DNA of 60,179 bases, the filler included, from Basidiobolus ranarum (Eukaryota), in the NCBI GenBank assembly GCA_040143965.1. It is 8 parts of 8 records of this genome, joined end to end, with 100 filler letters (N's around TTAATTAATTAA, not from the genome) between each part and the next. Parts side by side here need not be neighbours in the genome. Positions count along the whole stretch, not along the records: positions 7,578 to 15,023 come from JASJQH010007992.1; positions 15,124 to 22,562 come from JASJQH010007993.1; positions 22,663 to 30,097 come from JASJQH010007994.1; 5 more parts are not named here. One strand, 5' to 3'. Below are positions 12,666 through 24,635 of this stretch, piece by piece; within the stretch, counting starts at the first letter, position 1; every line of letters begins with the position of its first letter. The translations under genes and the position numbers were made by a program. The notes below the pieces were generated by a model. The model had not been told where the DNA came from. It saw only the letters and a program-made list of their open reading frames with translations, and did not search any database.

Positions 12666-13345
12666 ATGTACACTTTAACTCCCTTCCTTATCTTGTCCAT
12701 CTGGCTTCATAGCTTCATCGTGCAGCCTTTACCTTAGTACAATACTAACATTCAGAGCATGGAGCGATCAGACTCTGGTATGCTGGTCCTATCAAATGCT
12801 TACCAACCAAGCTCTCCAAAAGGAATCGAAATTCCACGGGCAGCCGCTATCGAGGAAATCAGTCAGGTGGTGGCCCCAACAATAACAACAGTGATAATGG
12901 ATATACACACAGCACCAGGTACCAAAGCAATGGCAGAGTAAATGGGAACAATAACAACCAGAGCAACAATAGCAAAGGCTACCCATCTGGAGGCACTCTC
13001 CAGTTTCGATTTAATAACGGACAATGCACTGACTGGACAGACGCTAGATATGCTCAATTAACAGGCCATCATGTAGATTGGTCAGACGATGCGTTGAATT
13101 GGCCTTCCTCAGCTCGTAACTCTGCTGGGTGGACCGTATCCAGCCAAGCTAAATCACCATCCATTATTGCTTTGCAACCTGGAGTTCAGGGCGTTGAAAG
13201 TGATGGCTATGTGGCGGTTGTTGAAAGCATTGATTCCAATGGAGACGTTTATACCAGCGATTACAACTACAATGGTGGACCTGATATCCAAACTTTTGTT
13301 ACTTTTAAACCAGGAAATGGGGTCGGTTTTATCTGGCATGATTGA
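12666..13345 (+). pseudogene. Secreted CHAP-domain (Cys/His amidohydrolase) protein, apparently disrupted
   Basis: Signal-peptide-like MYTLTPFLILSIWLHSFIVQPLP followed by TAG. A shifted frame gives an Asn/Gly-rich linker then NGQCTDWTDARYAQLTG...WTVSSQAKSPSIIALQPGVQG...GYVAVVE...TSDYNY...FIWHD. The catalytic GHVA reads GYVA. Confidence 0.75.
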
Positions 13346-13968
13346 TTTGTTAAGGCAACAGCTGCGTCACTACAGTGTTAGGGTGTTTGTTCGCTGGTCA
13401 ATAAATATAACATTCAGAAGTGCTTATACCAGGACACATGGTTGAATTGCAATATATGTTGGAATAGACACAGATGAGTTAGCTAATAACAAGTATTTTA
13501 ACATTGTTGATGATTGACCTGGTGTCTTACAGATCCTCAAAGGGTACTAAATACTTCGTGGTCTGCATTCAAAATCCTTATTTGTTTGAGATGATGGGGT
13601 CAGAGTGACAGAAGTAACTATATTTATTACAAACTTACCTGAATTCACGCCTGGGAAGCAACATCTTAAGGCATAAATTAAGCGCACATAGCTACTATTG
13701 ACTATATTTAAGTTCATCTAGCACAATCCAAAATCGTCAAAGAATCTGGATAACATACACCTGTTTCAACTAGATTAAATGGAACAGAACAACTTGCACC
13801 ACCTTCACAGCGATCATTTTCCATAGAGAGAGTGATCAACCAAAGACTTGCCATTGACTGTCTTTGTGGCTTTCCCACCAGATCGAGAGAAAAAGCTTAA
13901 ATACCAGCTATGTTTTCTAGCAAAAACCATCAACACACCACTCTCCCCGGTGCCCTACTCTACCAGTC

Positions 13969-15023
13969 ATGAAGTGGTTTGGATTAATCATCGCCTCGTT
14001 GTCATTGAGTTATACAGCTTTGGCAACTCCAATCACTAAACGTCAAGATCTTACCACTATTGACACCAAAGAGCTCGGCATCCTCAAAACTCATGCTAGG
14101 TATGCATCAGCTGCTTATTGTCCTCAGGCTAAGGTAACAGATTGGTCATGTGGTGAACGTTGTGTAGGCCGTCTGAATGTAACATCCTACTTTACCAACG
14201 AAGCTACTGGCATAGCTGGATACATTGGTTACAACAACGAAGAAAAGAAAATTGTCATTTCATTCCGCGGGTATGGGTTTTTGTGGACATTGAACGATTA
14301 AGGTCCATTCTATTAATATCTTGTAATTCTTATAGATCCTCTAATTGGGCTAACTGGGCAAAGAATCTGGCTATTTTACCAAGAACATTTATCTACCCTA
14401 CGGCAAACGAAAATGTCAAAGTCCACAGTGGTTTCTATGAAACTTACACCAGCGTTGAAAAGACTGTTCGTTCAGGCCTTAAAGAGGTTTTGACACAACT
14501 AAAAGATGAAACGGATCCATACAAATTGGTCATCACTGGACATTCCTTGGTGGGTTGAATCACTAATAGCTCATTCTTCACCCATCCACTAATCACTAAT
14601 GAACTTATTTCAGGGAGCGGCGGTCGCAACCTTCTGCGCAATGGATATCAAGAGATTCTATTTAAATCCCGGCAGTGGAAGATCCTTCAAGTCGGAGTTA
14701 CTAATCATTGATCGCTCACAGATATACCTACACACTTATGGACAGCCTAGAGCCGGAAACGCTGATTTCTCACAACTAGTGTATAACACTTTTGGCCTGA
14801 ATACCACGCGTACAACATTGGCAAGAATCACTAACAATCGTGACCCAGTGACCAGACTTCCACCTCAAGATATGGGTTATTTCCATCATCCACATGAGAT
14901 CTACATCCGCAAGGACTCTACTACCGTGGCCTGTCAGGATGTTATCGGTGGCAAAGTAAGAGAGGACCCTAATTGTATCCTCGGAGTAACTTTTCCAATT
15001 GGCTTCAGTGATCATGGAAAGTA
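13969..15023 (+). CDS. Secreted class 3 (fungal triacylglycerol) lipase, 3' end truncated by contig end
   Basis: Signal peptide, YASAAYC, ISFRG (intron 14271-14335), VHSGF, GHSL|GAA (intron 14550-14613), TYGQPRAGN, NNRDPVTRLP. Confidence 0.93.
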
Positions 15024-15123
15024 NNNNNNNNNNNNNNNNNNNNNNNNNNNNNNNNNNNNNNNNNNNNTTAATTAATTAANNNNNNNNNNNNNNNNNNNNN
15101 NNNNNNNNNNNNNNNNNNNNNNN
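15024..15123. other. Artificial contig spacer
   Basis: N44-TTAATTAATTAA-N44. Confidence 0.98.
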
Positions 15124-15655
15124 ACCACGCTTGGAGGAGCTACTGGGGAGCGGGCGATGTAGAAGGAATATATAGCGATATCGGCAGAAGCTATTATTGA
15201 ACTTTTGCATGATTTAGTGCAACAATCCGGTTGATAGGTGTTTAGTGACTTTGGTGCGGTAAACTCGATTTGCTGAAATTCATTCACCTACGCGAACTGT
15301 CATTGAGGATCCCTCACATCCAATCTCTCTGGAAAGAATCACGATCGTGATGCCATTGGCGTAGAAGGAAAGAAACCAAATTTTAGATTTAGGAAAAACT
15401 GGTCAACGAAAGGATAGTGGGCGCCTTTGACGAAGCTATGATATGATTGATGTATAAATCGAACACTTGACGTAGCCTAAATGGGCTTTACTATATAACA
15501 AGAGAGCCTCCTGCAGCAAACTTGAAATACATCATTTTCTAGATCCGACAAGACCCTTCCCCTCTCTCTTTTTCCTAGGAGATCACATCAACAGCTCCCC
15601 ACCCAACTGAAGTTGACTCTGTCAAAGAGCGAGATATCATTTACCACTACCTGTT

Positions 15656-16657
15656 ATGGCCAAGTACCAGGATTGGGTGTTCAACAATGTTGCTTATACA
15701 CTGAATGGTCTGTCGATCATTTCATCGATATTGATAGCCATAACAGTATTGTGCATCTTCCTATATCATCGGAGATACGCAGACCGGGTTTCATTTAGAC
15801 TAGCGTTCCTTGTTGCTTTGACAGACATCGGCTATCATGTAAGCCAACTGACAGGCTATCACTCTAGTAGATCAGATTTTAAATGTGTGTTCAGCACTTG
15901 GGGGAACGTATATTTCAACTTGATGTACATCTTTTTGACGGCCACCATTGCGTTTAACCTGCAGATCGTCTTTATACATGGGAAACAGAATATTCGTCAA
16001 TTCGAAATCACATTCATTGCTATCTCGGTGTGTTCAGCATTATTCTTGAGTGGTTGGCCCTTGGTCTTGGGAAAATTTGGATACGACCCGAAGTTCAACA
16101 CCTGCTGGTACCTGCATCAGGATGAGACATTAACACTCATCTGGCATTGGTGTACTTTTCATTTCTGGGTGGCTGCGACTGTTCTGGAGAGCATACTGGT
16201 GGTGGCATTGGTCAATCAAAGCCAAATAGGCCGCAGGCGACAAATCTCACAAGAGCAGTATTCAGCAAATACTAAATTATCTCTAGAGCAATGTCAACAA
16301 CTAAAGCTGGTCAATTATGCCGTAAGCAGAATCGTGGGGTATGCGGTAGTACCTATTCTTACTCAATCTGCGATATTTATTTCATGTATGTACGGATACA
16401 CCCATGGAGAGGTTCCATTCGCCATACAAATCATCACTGTCATAGGGACTGGATTGCAGGGCGCGTTAAATGCGATTGCATTTACTTTTGATCCTGCCTT
16501 AAGGGCGTTCTACGACAAGTACAAGTACAAATCCAAGAACCCCGAAATTGTTTCATCAGAAAGCTTCAAACAGCCCTCACTCCCAACCCAGGGACACTTT
16601 GATCTATCCAGTAGGTTTGATACCCTATCCCTCGATGATCAACTCAGAGCTTTATAG
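15656..16657 (+). CDS. 7-TM G-protein-coupled receptor (cAMP-receptor-like / Git3-like)
   Basis: Seven hydrophobic segments. RVSFRL..LVALTD, C in ECL1, IAFNL, FGY...CWY, GLQGALNAIAF.FDP. Intronless. Confidence 0.8.
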   Translation: MAKYQDWVFNNVAYTLNGLSIISSILIAITVLCIFLYHRRYADRVSFRLAFLVALTDIGYHVSQLTGYHSSRSDFKCVFSTWGNVYFNLMYIFLTATIAFNLQIVFIHGKQNIRQFEITFIAISVCSALFLSGWPLVLGKFGYDPKFNTCWYLHQDETLTLIWHWCTFHFWVAATVLESILVVALVNQSQIGRRRQISQEQYSANTKLSLEQCQQLKLVNYAVSRIVGYAVVPILTQSAIFISCMYGYTHGEVPFAIQIITVIGTGLQGALNAIAFTFDPALRAFYDKYKYKSKNPEIVSSESFKQPSLPTQGHFDLSSRFDTLSLDDQLRAL

Positions 16658-17041
16658 ATTACCCGACTGATGGTCATTCCACACAACTTCTATATATATT
16701 CATGTACACTTGTATTTATTCCTTGAAAATAACTTCATTCACCTGCCCCTCTCCCAAACAAATAAGCATCGTAGGTAAATCAAAGTTGAAGGAATCGGAA
16801 ACCCTATTAAACCAAACCAACGACATGTTCAGAGTTGTATTGTACATGTTTGCGCCTTCCGTACCTCCTCACTGTTGAAATTGTATCGTGCCAACGTACG
16901 CTCAGACTCAACTCAAATCAGTTGTTCTTTCAAAGCAATGCGAACACTACTGCCATACCGTCTGTGGGTTGGGAAATGCAGGGATTTATTGGTACATTCT
17001 TTAATTTATAAAATAAATATACACGCTAGAATATAACCAGG

Positions 17042-17579
17042 TTATAAATTATTCGACCGTGTATCCAAATTGAATTTCGTATGTCCTCCATATGCTATAA
17101 TCGTAGGCTTTTTGTTGGGTGTAACTCTCTTCAAATGAGTCAGGGTGTATGCTAAATTTTTACCCCGCTTCACTACTTTACATTCAACCTCAACAACATC
17201 CCCAACTACCGCTCCGGACACAAAAGATATGTTCATCTCGGTTGATACACCGGTGCCATACTGAAATCCCTCCTCTAAGTAATACCAATAAAATAGGAAA
17301 TTAAAGTAAATCTGCGTCAACTAACAAGACCTCTCATATAGAACACTTACCACTCATACATTTGATCAACACAGAGGTACCCATATCAATCAACTGGGCT
17401 ATACATGCTCCATGTAGGCCACCCCCTGGATTGGCATCTTTAGGTTCAACGGTTAATTGGAAAACGCAACAGTCTGGTAAGACGGAAACCAACTTTACTC
17501 TTCTCCAAGTGTTTCCGCCAAACATTTCGTACTTTTGAGTTTCACGAAGTACATTCTCTACCGCTTCGAAACTAGCCAT
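17042..17579 (-). CDS. Hotdog-fold acyl-CoA thioesterase (ACOT13/PaaI-like)
   Basis: NPGGGLHGACIAQLID, GVSTEMNISF, VVKRGKNLAY, GGHTKF. Intron 17350-17275. Confidence 0.9.
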
Positions 17580-18128
17580 TCTAAAGTTCCAATTAAAAAA
17601 GGGGAAATGGAAGTGGGGTATGGAGGGTGACTATTAAAATGGCTGTGTGTGATCAAATTTGGCGGAATTCTTGTTCATTTTTAAAGAGACATTAAATCGG
17701 TGGATAATATTCCCACTGATCTACATTCACATGCTATATTTGAATATGTCCATTTTATAATATTCATTGAATTGCTAATTAGATAATTATGATTACCTAA
17801 ACAACAGTCATTCATCTCTCCTCTTATCCTATCAAAACGGTATAATCATTTCATTATTTCACACCTCTTGAAATGCTGGAAGTAACCAATCAAATACTCC
17901 ATTCATCCGGAGATATTGCTCAGGTTTCTCCTCATATACTATACTTCATAGTAACTAAACTACCTAACACTTCTGCCATTCACATATAATCTACACTGAT
18001 CAAGAGTATGGAGTCAAATAATTCAGCAGTCAATAAAGAATTCCCACTTGAACTTCCTACATTTTATCAAGTATTGATTTCCGTCTAAATATGAAGTTTT
18101 TATGTGGCAGAAGGAGTCAAGTATCTAA

Positions 18129-19738
18129 CTAACAAACACCACTACCAAATTGGAGATCCCAAGCACGAGTATGCTCGGCAATATTTAGTGCCACCTTTCC
18201 TCCATTACAGTGTGGATCTTCACGAAAACCAGTGGGAAGCTTGTCTTTACAATCTACCGTTTGGGCCTCGGTACTTGATATATTATGTACCCAGATCTCA
18301 TGTGGATAATGAATATAGCCGAATATCATAGGTGGTACGTGAGGTACTGGATCAGCATTGTTGGTAACTCGCAAGAGATTTAACGAAGGCTCACCATCCG
18401 AGAAAGTCTGCAAAACAAGTTGACTAAATGCCTCGTTACCAGCTCTTGGGGTAGCATAGGTGTGAACCAAAAATTTCTCGGGATCTAAACGATACTTCAA
18501 CAAGAAAAATTGACGAATATCAAGAGCACCGTGAATCGCCACCGCTGCACCCTATATTTTAATATTTTGTGTAAGCACGAAGTATTAACACTCTCAATAT
18601 CCAGAATCACTTACCAGTGAATGTCCAGTCACGATAATTTCATAATCAGAAACATCTTCCTTATCCTCGATTAGCTTTTCCAATACCTTGGTCATCCCAC
18701 TACGTACCTGAGCTTTTAATCCTTGGTAGGCTTTTAAAAAGCCACCATGTACTCTCACTGCTGGAGTTCCACCTGGATAATTCAGGTACAGTCTAATGGC
18801 GTCAACATTGTAAATCCAGTTACGTATGTTCAGCGAACTGTTGGATACAATGAATTACTATCCTTTAGAAAAGTCAAATTCTCTATCATCGACGTGTTCA
18901 CTTACCCACGAAAAGCCACCACAATCTTCTTTAAATCCCGATCGACCCCCACATAACCAGCAACTCCACTAAGGAAACTACTAAAGTATTCGAATACATT
19001 CATATTTCCCACACATTTATCACCACAACTCCAATTCTTAACGGTCACTTTGAAGCAGTAAGCAGCGGCGGCATAATTCGCATGTAATCTTAACCACTTT
19101 TGGATCCTAGGGTCCACTAAGGTTGTCTCATAGGGTTTATTTATCCATGTACCATTTACCATCTGTTGGCCCATCTCTAGCCTTTTCTCTCGTTCCTGTG
19201 CCACTGCTTCAGCGTATTTAATCAAAGCATCCGATTGTTTGCCATTGGATTCATCAAAGTCGTAGGTAAGTACGTTCCCATTTTTTCCATTCTTACGGGC
19301 TTCAGCACGTTTGCTGGCCTCTTCCGCCTCCAATAGTTGTTCGTCAGTAACGACAGTCGGTTTACCCTCTAAAATGATTGTACGAAATGGACCTTCCTTA
19401 GTTACACTCTTCGTACTTGGACTAGCTTCAGGTTTACGTGGACCCTGTATGGAAGGTAGAGCCTTTCCTCTTAGTCCTACTGGTGAGACCTTCGCTCTTG
19501 GCCTTGCTGGTGAGGCCCTTAGTCTTGGTTTTGCAAGTGGCACTTCCTGAGGTATGGTGAGCCTTGTTGATAGGATTTTATTGGAAGGCATGGTAGAATG
19601 TTCAAAGGATGGCTCGATAACGGTGGCATATTCAAATGACTCCTCAGTTTGAGATGCAGAACCCCCCTCTTGACTCGATATAGAATGAATATGACCCAAA
19701 ATAACCAATAGAACAGTTAGTGTCGATGAAGCACCCAT
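18129..19738 (-). CDS. Secreted class 3 lipase with long N-terminal extension
   Basis: Signal peptide, ~200 aa extension, YAAAAYC, VAFRG| (intron 18905-18838), VHGGF, GHSL|GAA (intron 18614-18552), TPRAGN, DPVPHVPP. Same intron positions as the 13969 lipase. Confidence 0.92.
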
Positions 19739-21523
19739 ATCCTACAAGTTAGTGAAGGGAAGTCCAAAAAATCACGGGTCAATTAAGGAACAAGTAGATC
19801 AAGAACCCAAATGAAATTCACAATATTAATGGTAGAAAGGGAAAATTTATTGGCACTTTGAATAAATACTAAATGTGTCCTTTCAAGGATATTTAAGAAT
19901 CATATTCGTAGTGAAACATCTCATGGTAGGAGAATATCAAGTAATGGATGTTTCAAATGAGTTATTAGCGGCAGAATTTCAAACTTTGTATTGAATTGAA
20001 TTGAGTTGCGTTAAAGTTGGTTCAAATTAGATCCACTGAGGCCATAACCTCATACTAGGTGAGCAATAATATGGCGGTGCATGTGCATTAACCATATTAC
20101 TGATACATCCACCATATAACTAACTTTGTTAACTTCAGTCATCGTCGAATAGAATATATTGCACAGTAATTGCATGTTATTCCTTGGAAAACCGTCCCAA
20201 ATGTTATGCTACTAATACTACCTTAACTTGTATAATATAGGATACAAGAGGCAAAAATCACTTTGATGACTGACTCCGAACAAGTATTTCTCTCAGGAAC
20301 TTGCAGTTATGTGCGTTTCGTAGAATCTGTAACAAATCTATAAAAATTCATATTATTCACTACTGGGCTTTATAGGAACGTCAAATATATTCGTTAGGTA
20401 ATTGTTTGGTGCTTAAAACTTGTAATGGTGAAAAAAAATAGTTCTTCTGTATTGACAAAGAAAAATGTGGAAACTAAATGACGGGGGAAATTATGAGCCT
20501 TTAGATGTCACTTGATTCCATTAATACGTGGGAAACATAAAATTCATGTTAATGCTCTAAGTGCGTACACGAGCTGTAATAGCCCAAAATGGATACTCTT
20601 CATTCAGTGAATTTTATATTTCGCCAGGTACTAGAAAAGGATTCTCTAAGGTGTATGTATAGTAAGATCTGATTACCATGTTCATATCCAAACCCTCCAT
20701 AGATCTCTCATGCTACTGCTTCCTAATGCTGGAAATGGCACAATCAATCAATCTGGAGTTGAACATGGGCAAGATTCTTTCACGTGACGACTTGCATCTG
20801 TTGTGGTGAATGTAGAATATTTATTCAAACATGAAACTCAGGCTATAATTAAGTAAAGTATCTTCTGTAGTAAGAAACTATTGGATTTTTAAACTAGAAA
20901 GGGTGTTGTGACGGATATTGCAAGTTTCATATGATACATGTAAAGAAGAATTTTCCAATATATTTTATGACTGACTAAGCATTTGTTTATTCTAAGATAT
21001 ATGGATGTTCCTGTTCTGCATGCCAAACAAACTAAACTAGTATGCTTTCTCAAAAAAATCACAAACCCATATCTAAAAATTCTGCTAGTCGTACTACACT
21101 AGAGATTATTGGGTAATAGTGAAACTAGGAATTATGGTGAGGATGACACTAGAATAAAGTGAGTTGTTTTGGAATTCCAATCATACTACAAAAAATCTCT
21201 CGAATACCGCTCACGGAAAACAAGCACTATCTGCACGCATTAAAGCAGTATATATAAATGGTAGATTCAATATTCTAAGTGTAGATTGTTGCTCTAGAGT
21301 CAAAACAGGGCTGGTTAGCCAATCAATCGTGTAAGAGATGATTTTTTTTCCAACCTGATTTGATTTCTCCTAGTTGCGCAGGGGAACCCTGAGTTTCATT
21401 TTTTGTGAAAACAATATATATATCGTTCTAGGTAGTAACAATTCTTCACTTCCTTTCACAATATGGCCTCAACATGGTAAGTTATCTCTCTACAATTGCA
21501 TTTTTTTATCGTTGTCACACAAT

Positions 21524-21607
21524 GTGATATGATGATTGCTTTGCCGCCCCAGTCGGACTATCTTATCCATGGCGAGAATATAAGCAACAGCCAAAAATCT
21601 GAGTTCA
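21524..21607 (+). ncRNA. snR67: Box C/D snoRNA, snR67/U31-like (LSU rRNA Gm guide)
   Basis: C box ATGATGA 21529-21535. Guide TGCCGCCCCAGT 21542-21553 is antisense to LSU rRNA ACUGGGGCGGCA. D' CGGA, D box CTGA 21599-21602. Flanking intronic stem. Confidence 0.85.
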
Positions 21608-21784
21608 TATGTGTTCAACGCAATGATTGCCACATCTTAAAAGTTCTACGTATTAATTCCATCTTCCTATAGATCTAGGTCACTTAATCCGTCGGATCTG
21701 AGCATAATGACGACCTGTAAATACGTTGAATAATCTTCCGTCAATCAAGGTAATTATTAGGCCCATAAAACCCAGTATTGGTTG

Positions 21785-21873
21785 TTAGAATGATGATACA
21801 ATCAAAATATTCCATGCTAATTCGTAAAAAAGACGCCGAGAAATTTTGTGCCTTAACTGGTTTACTGACTTTC
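21785..21873 (+). ncRNA. snR53: Box C/D snoRNA, snR53-like (18S Am796-equivalent guide)
   Basis: C box ATGATGA 21790-21796. Guide TATTCCATGCTAAT 21808-21821 is antisense to 18S AUUAGCAUGGAAUA. D box CTGA 21865-21868. Flanking stem CCAGTA..GGTTG / CAACC..TACTGG. Confidence 0.8.
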
Positions 21874-22562
21874 AACCTTTACTGGTTCTCAAATTTTCCA
21901 AATCTCAATATTCTAATTCCAGTCATTTTATAGATTCTTACCGAAAGCACATACATATGTATACATAATTGTACAATAAAAGATATCATATTCTCTCTTA
22001 CACTTTGTTAACTTAGATCAATAATTTTCTTGGATTTCGAATTCCAGCATATTATAATTCGGTGTTTGTTGGTTGCAAAGTAATAATGCAGATTCCACCG
22101 GCGTTAAACTTAACAGTTGTAGAGGCAATTACAGACCAATTGCATTAGGTGCTTCTATACATGATGGACATACAGATATCATCTCTTTGTATTACGAGAT
22201 ATCTACATTGCAAAAATACATGTCTACTTCGATAATATTCAGCTTACATTTTACAATCTGACATCAGTACCGAAATAGGTTATTTACCGAATTTCCATTG
22301 ATTTACATTTCTAAAGTACTAAACTGATCGATTTAAAGCAGGTCATGGTGGGGGATCTAAGCAATAAAGTGTACGTTGTCTAGCCTTTATATGCTTATTT
22401 TAATTCGAGTAACGAATGAAAAACAATGGTAGATACGTAGTATAGCCTTCCATCGATAAAATATAATATTCATTCCATTATACTCCTTGTTTGTGTCAAG
22501 AATACTGAAAATTCCTGCTGACACTGTGTCTAGAAGCCATTACCAAAGGGATAGAATTCTGC

Positions 22563-22662
22563 NNNNNNNNNNNNNNNNNNNNNNNNNNNNNNNNNNNNNN
22601 NNNNNNTTAATTAATTAANNNNNNNNNNNNNNNNNNNNNNNNNNNNNNNNNNNNNNNNNNNN
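22563..22662. other. Artificial contig spacer
   Basis: N44-TTAATTAATTAA-N44. Confidence 0.98.
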
Positions 22663-22756
22663 GTACTCGGCTCTCGTGTCCAAGGCTACCAAAGATGTGA
22701 TCACTGGACTGAAAGAGGCCACACCCAACCTCTTGGTTTTCAACTCCAACAAATAA
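22663..22756 (+). CDS. C-terminal fragment of a subtilisin / proteinase K-like S8 protease (partial)
   Basis: YSALVSKATKDVITGLKEATPNLLVFNSNK-stop matches the AT...I.G...TPNLL.FN C-terminus of proteinase K-type subtilases. AATAAA follows. Confidence 0.7.
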
Positions 22757-23102
22757 GTAAGTTTTGTAAATTTGCATGAAAACATGAATAAGTCAACCTA
22801 CCAATAAACATTCTAAACGCTCTAGAAGCGCTAGTTTATAAAGTATAAATTCACACATTTGGTTGGATTTTATCTGATTTGCGAATCCCAACTCTCGATA
22901 CCCATTATATATCTTTTGGAAATGTGAAGTACTTCTATTTATGAACGATGTTTTTTAGAAAATGCATCATTTAGCTATTTTCTACCTACTAACTATGTTT
23001 CAGCATATCTCGAATTCTAAATAAAAATATATCGAGTCTTGATTTTGAAAAAGTAAATGAGGATCGTGGGATTTATTTCGATGAAATTATGTGAAAGAGC
23101 AA

Positions 23103-24230
23103 CTATTCTTCATGAGGGTGACCCACTGTCTCAGGATTGTTAGTGTGTTCAATCTCTTCATTTTCATTCAGATCTGCATCTTCAATATCATCATTTAAGG
23201 CCGCCGGTATTTCGACATCAATGTTTTCATTGATAGGTACATGAAACCATCTTTGTCTACAAAAGAATACAAGTTAGTTGTGAGAAATTGTCACCATTGG
23301 ATAGAGCTATGGGCTAGAGCTTACATGAATTGTGGAGTGTCAAGGAGTCTCATGCCACCTGAAGCTGGCTCATTTGGCCATACGTCTACGAAGAAGTAAT
23401 ACAAATGGCCAAAGAAAATTCCGATAATACTTCCAATAGGTAGTTTACTGGAAAGTAGCATAGAGAAACCAAGGAGCACTAGTGGCAAATAGGGCGCACT
23501 AAACACAAAAAGTCCCAAGAAATTCAAGCGTATGAAAGGATTCCGACGGGACCAAATATATACAAGCGTGTAATTTAAAGGAGATCCTAGGAATGGCATT
23601 GATACAAATGGTGCTATCAACTGCAAACATTACATTTGGTTACTCAAAAGAACAGCCATGGCATTGATATCATGAATCTTACTAGTAATGACACTCCGGT
23701 CAAAAGAAGTAGCCACAGAAAATCACCGGGACGTCCATAGAATGACCCCTCTTCCAACATACGGCTATATCGACCACTACAAAATAAACCCATTAGTAAG
23801 CATAGAGTAAAAGCACTCTAATTTCTTCCATATCCGTACATAAAGAACATATGGAACATCCAATCCAGAGAAAATTGTCCAAAATACAGAAAAGTTGTAA
23901 TCAGCCTCCAGTACTAGTTTTTTAATGGAAAGAGAATTAGGATAATATTACAGCGATACCCTTCAACATATATGCTATGACTAACCTGTCCATTATACCA
24001 TATCAGCTCAAAACTATAATATAATTGAAACCAAGTCAACAGCCCGAGTTGCTAAGAGGGTTGTAAGATACGTGGTCAGCGCGTTGAATAAGGTTAACTA
24101 CGTCGAAATATAATGTAATCCAGTATAACTAAATAAGTACCACAGCTAGAGTCAACAAAACAGACACGGTAAGATACACTCTGGTAACAACCGGTATATC
24201 GAGATACCAAGTCTCCAACGGAATGGCCAT
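23103..24230 (-). CDS. DER1: Derlin (Der1-like ERAD membrane protein), six exons
   Basis: IPVVTR, YWRLITTFLYFG, RYSRMLEEGSF, YIWSRRNP, APYLP, GHLYYFFVDVWP. Five GT-AG introns. Confidence 0.93.
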
Positions 24231-24635
24231 TTTCGCCTTTACAAAGTTTCAGGAATGAATGAATTTAGGTTGAATGTGGATGTATACAAAAATCTAACTA
24301 TATTGGAACCAAACAGACTGAATGAGCGTTAATTCTAACTCAACCACTAGCTCAGGAATTCAGGTCCTTTACGGATTTTTTTGGGTACTGTTTTGAATAT
24401 ACAACACTAAAGACGGTAAACTTCTAGTAGATATAGATTTACTAATTACTCAGAAATAAGTAAGAAATTCGAAGTCAAGTGTTGTTAGTTGTTGATTGGC
24501 AATTATGTTCTGATCTAGTTATTTCATGCGAAACTTAGACTCGCATAAAATGGTAAATTTAACTAATTTCATAAATATAGTAGAGATCCCATAACTCTGC
24601 CATATCATATAAATGAACTCATGATGACTCCTTGA

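Larger units (their letters stand above)
21440..21985 (+). ncRNA. Non-coding snoRNA host gene with two introns (ends approximate)
   Basis: Donor GTAAGT at 21477 and acceptor TAG at 21672; second donor at 21717 or 21750 and acceptor at 21933; AATAAA ~21975. The spliced ORF is only MAST-stop. Each intron holds a C/D snoRNA. Confidence 0.7.

Noticed and set aside
13633-13680. ACTTACCTG as the U1 snRNA 5' end
   Set aside because: No U1 stem-loops, U1A loop (AUUGCAC) or Sm site follow.
13969-19738. Lipase-GPCR-thioesterase-lipase lipid cluster
   Set aside because: The first lipase is on a different contig, separated by a spacer; the remaining adjacency is unremarkable.
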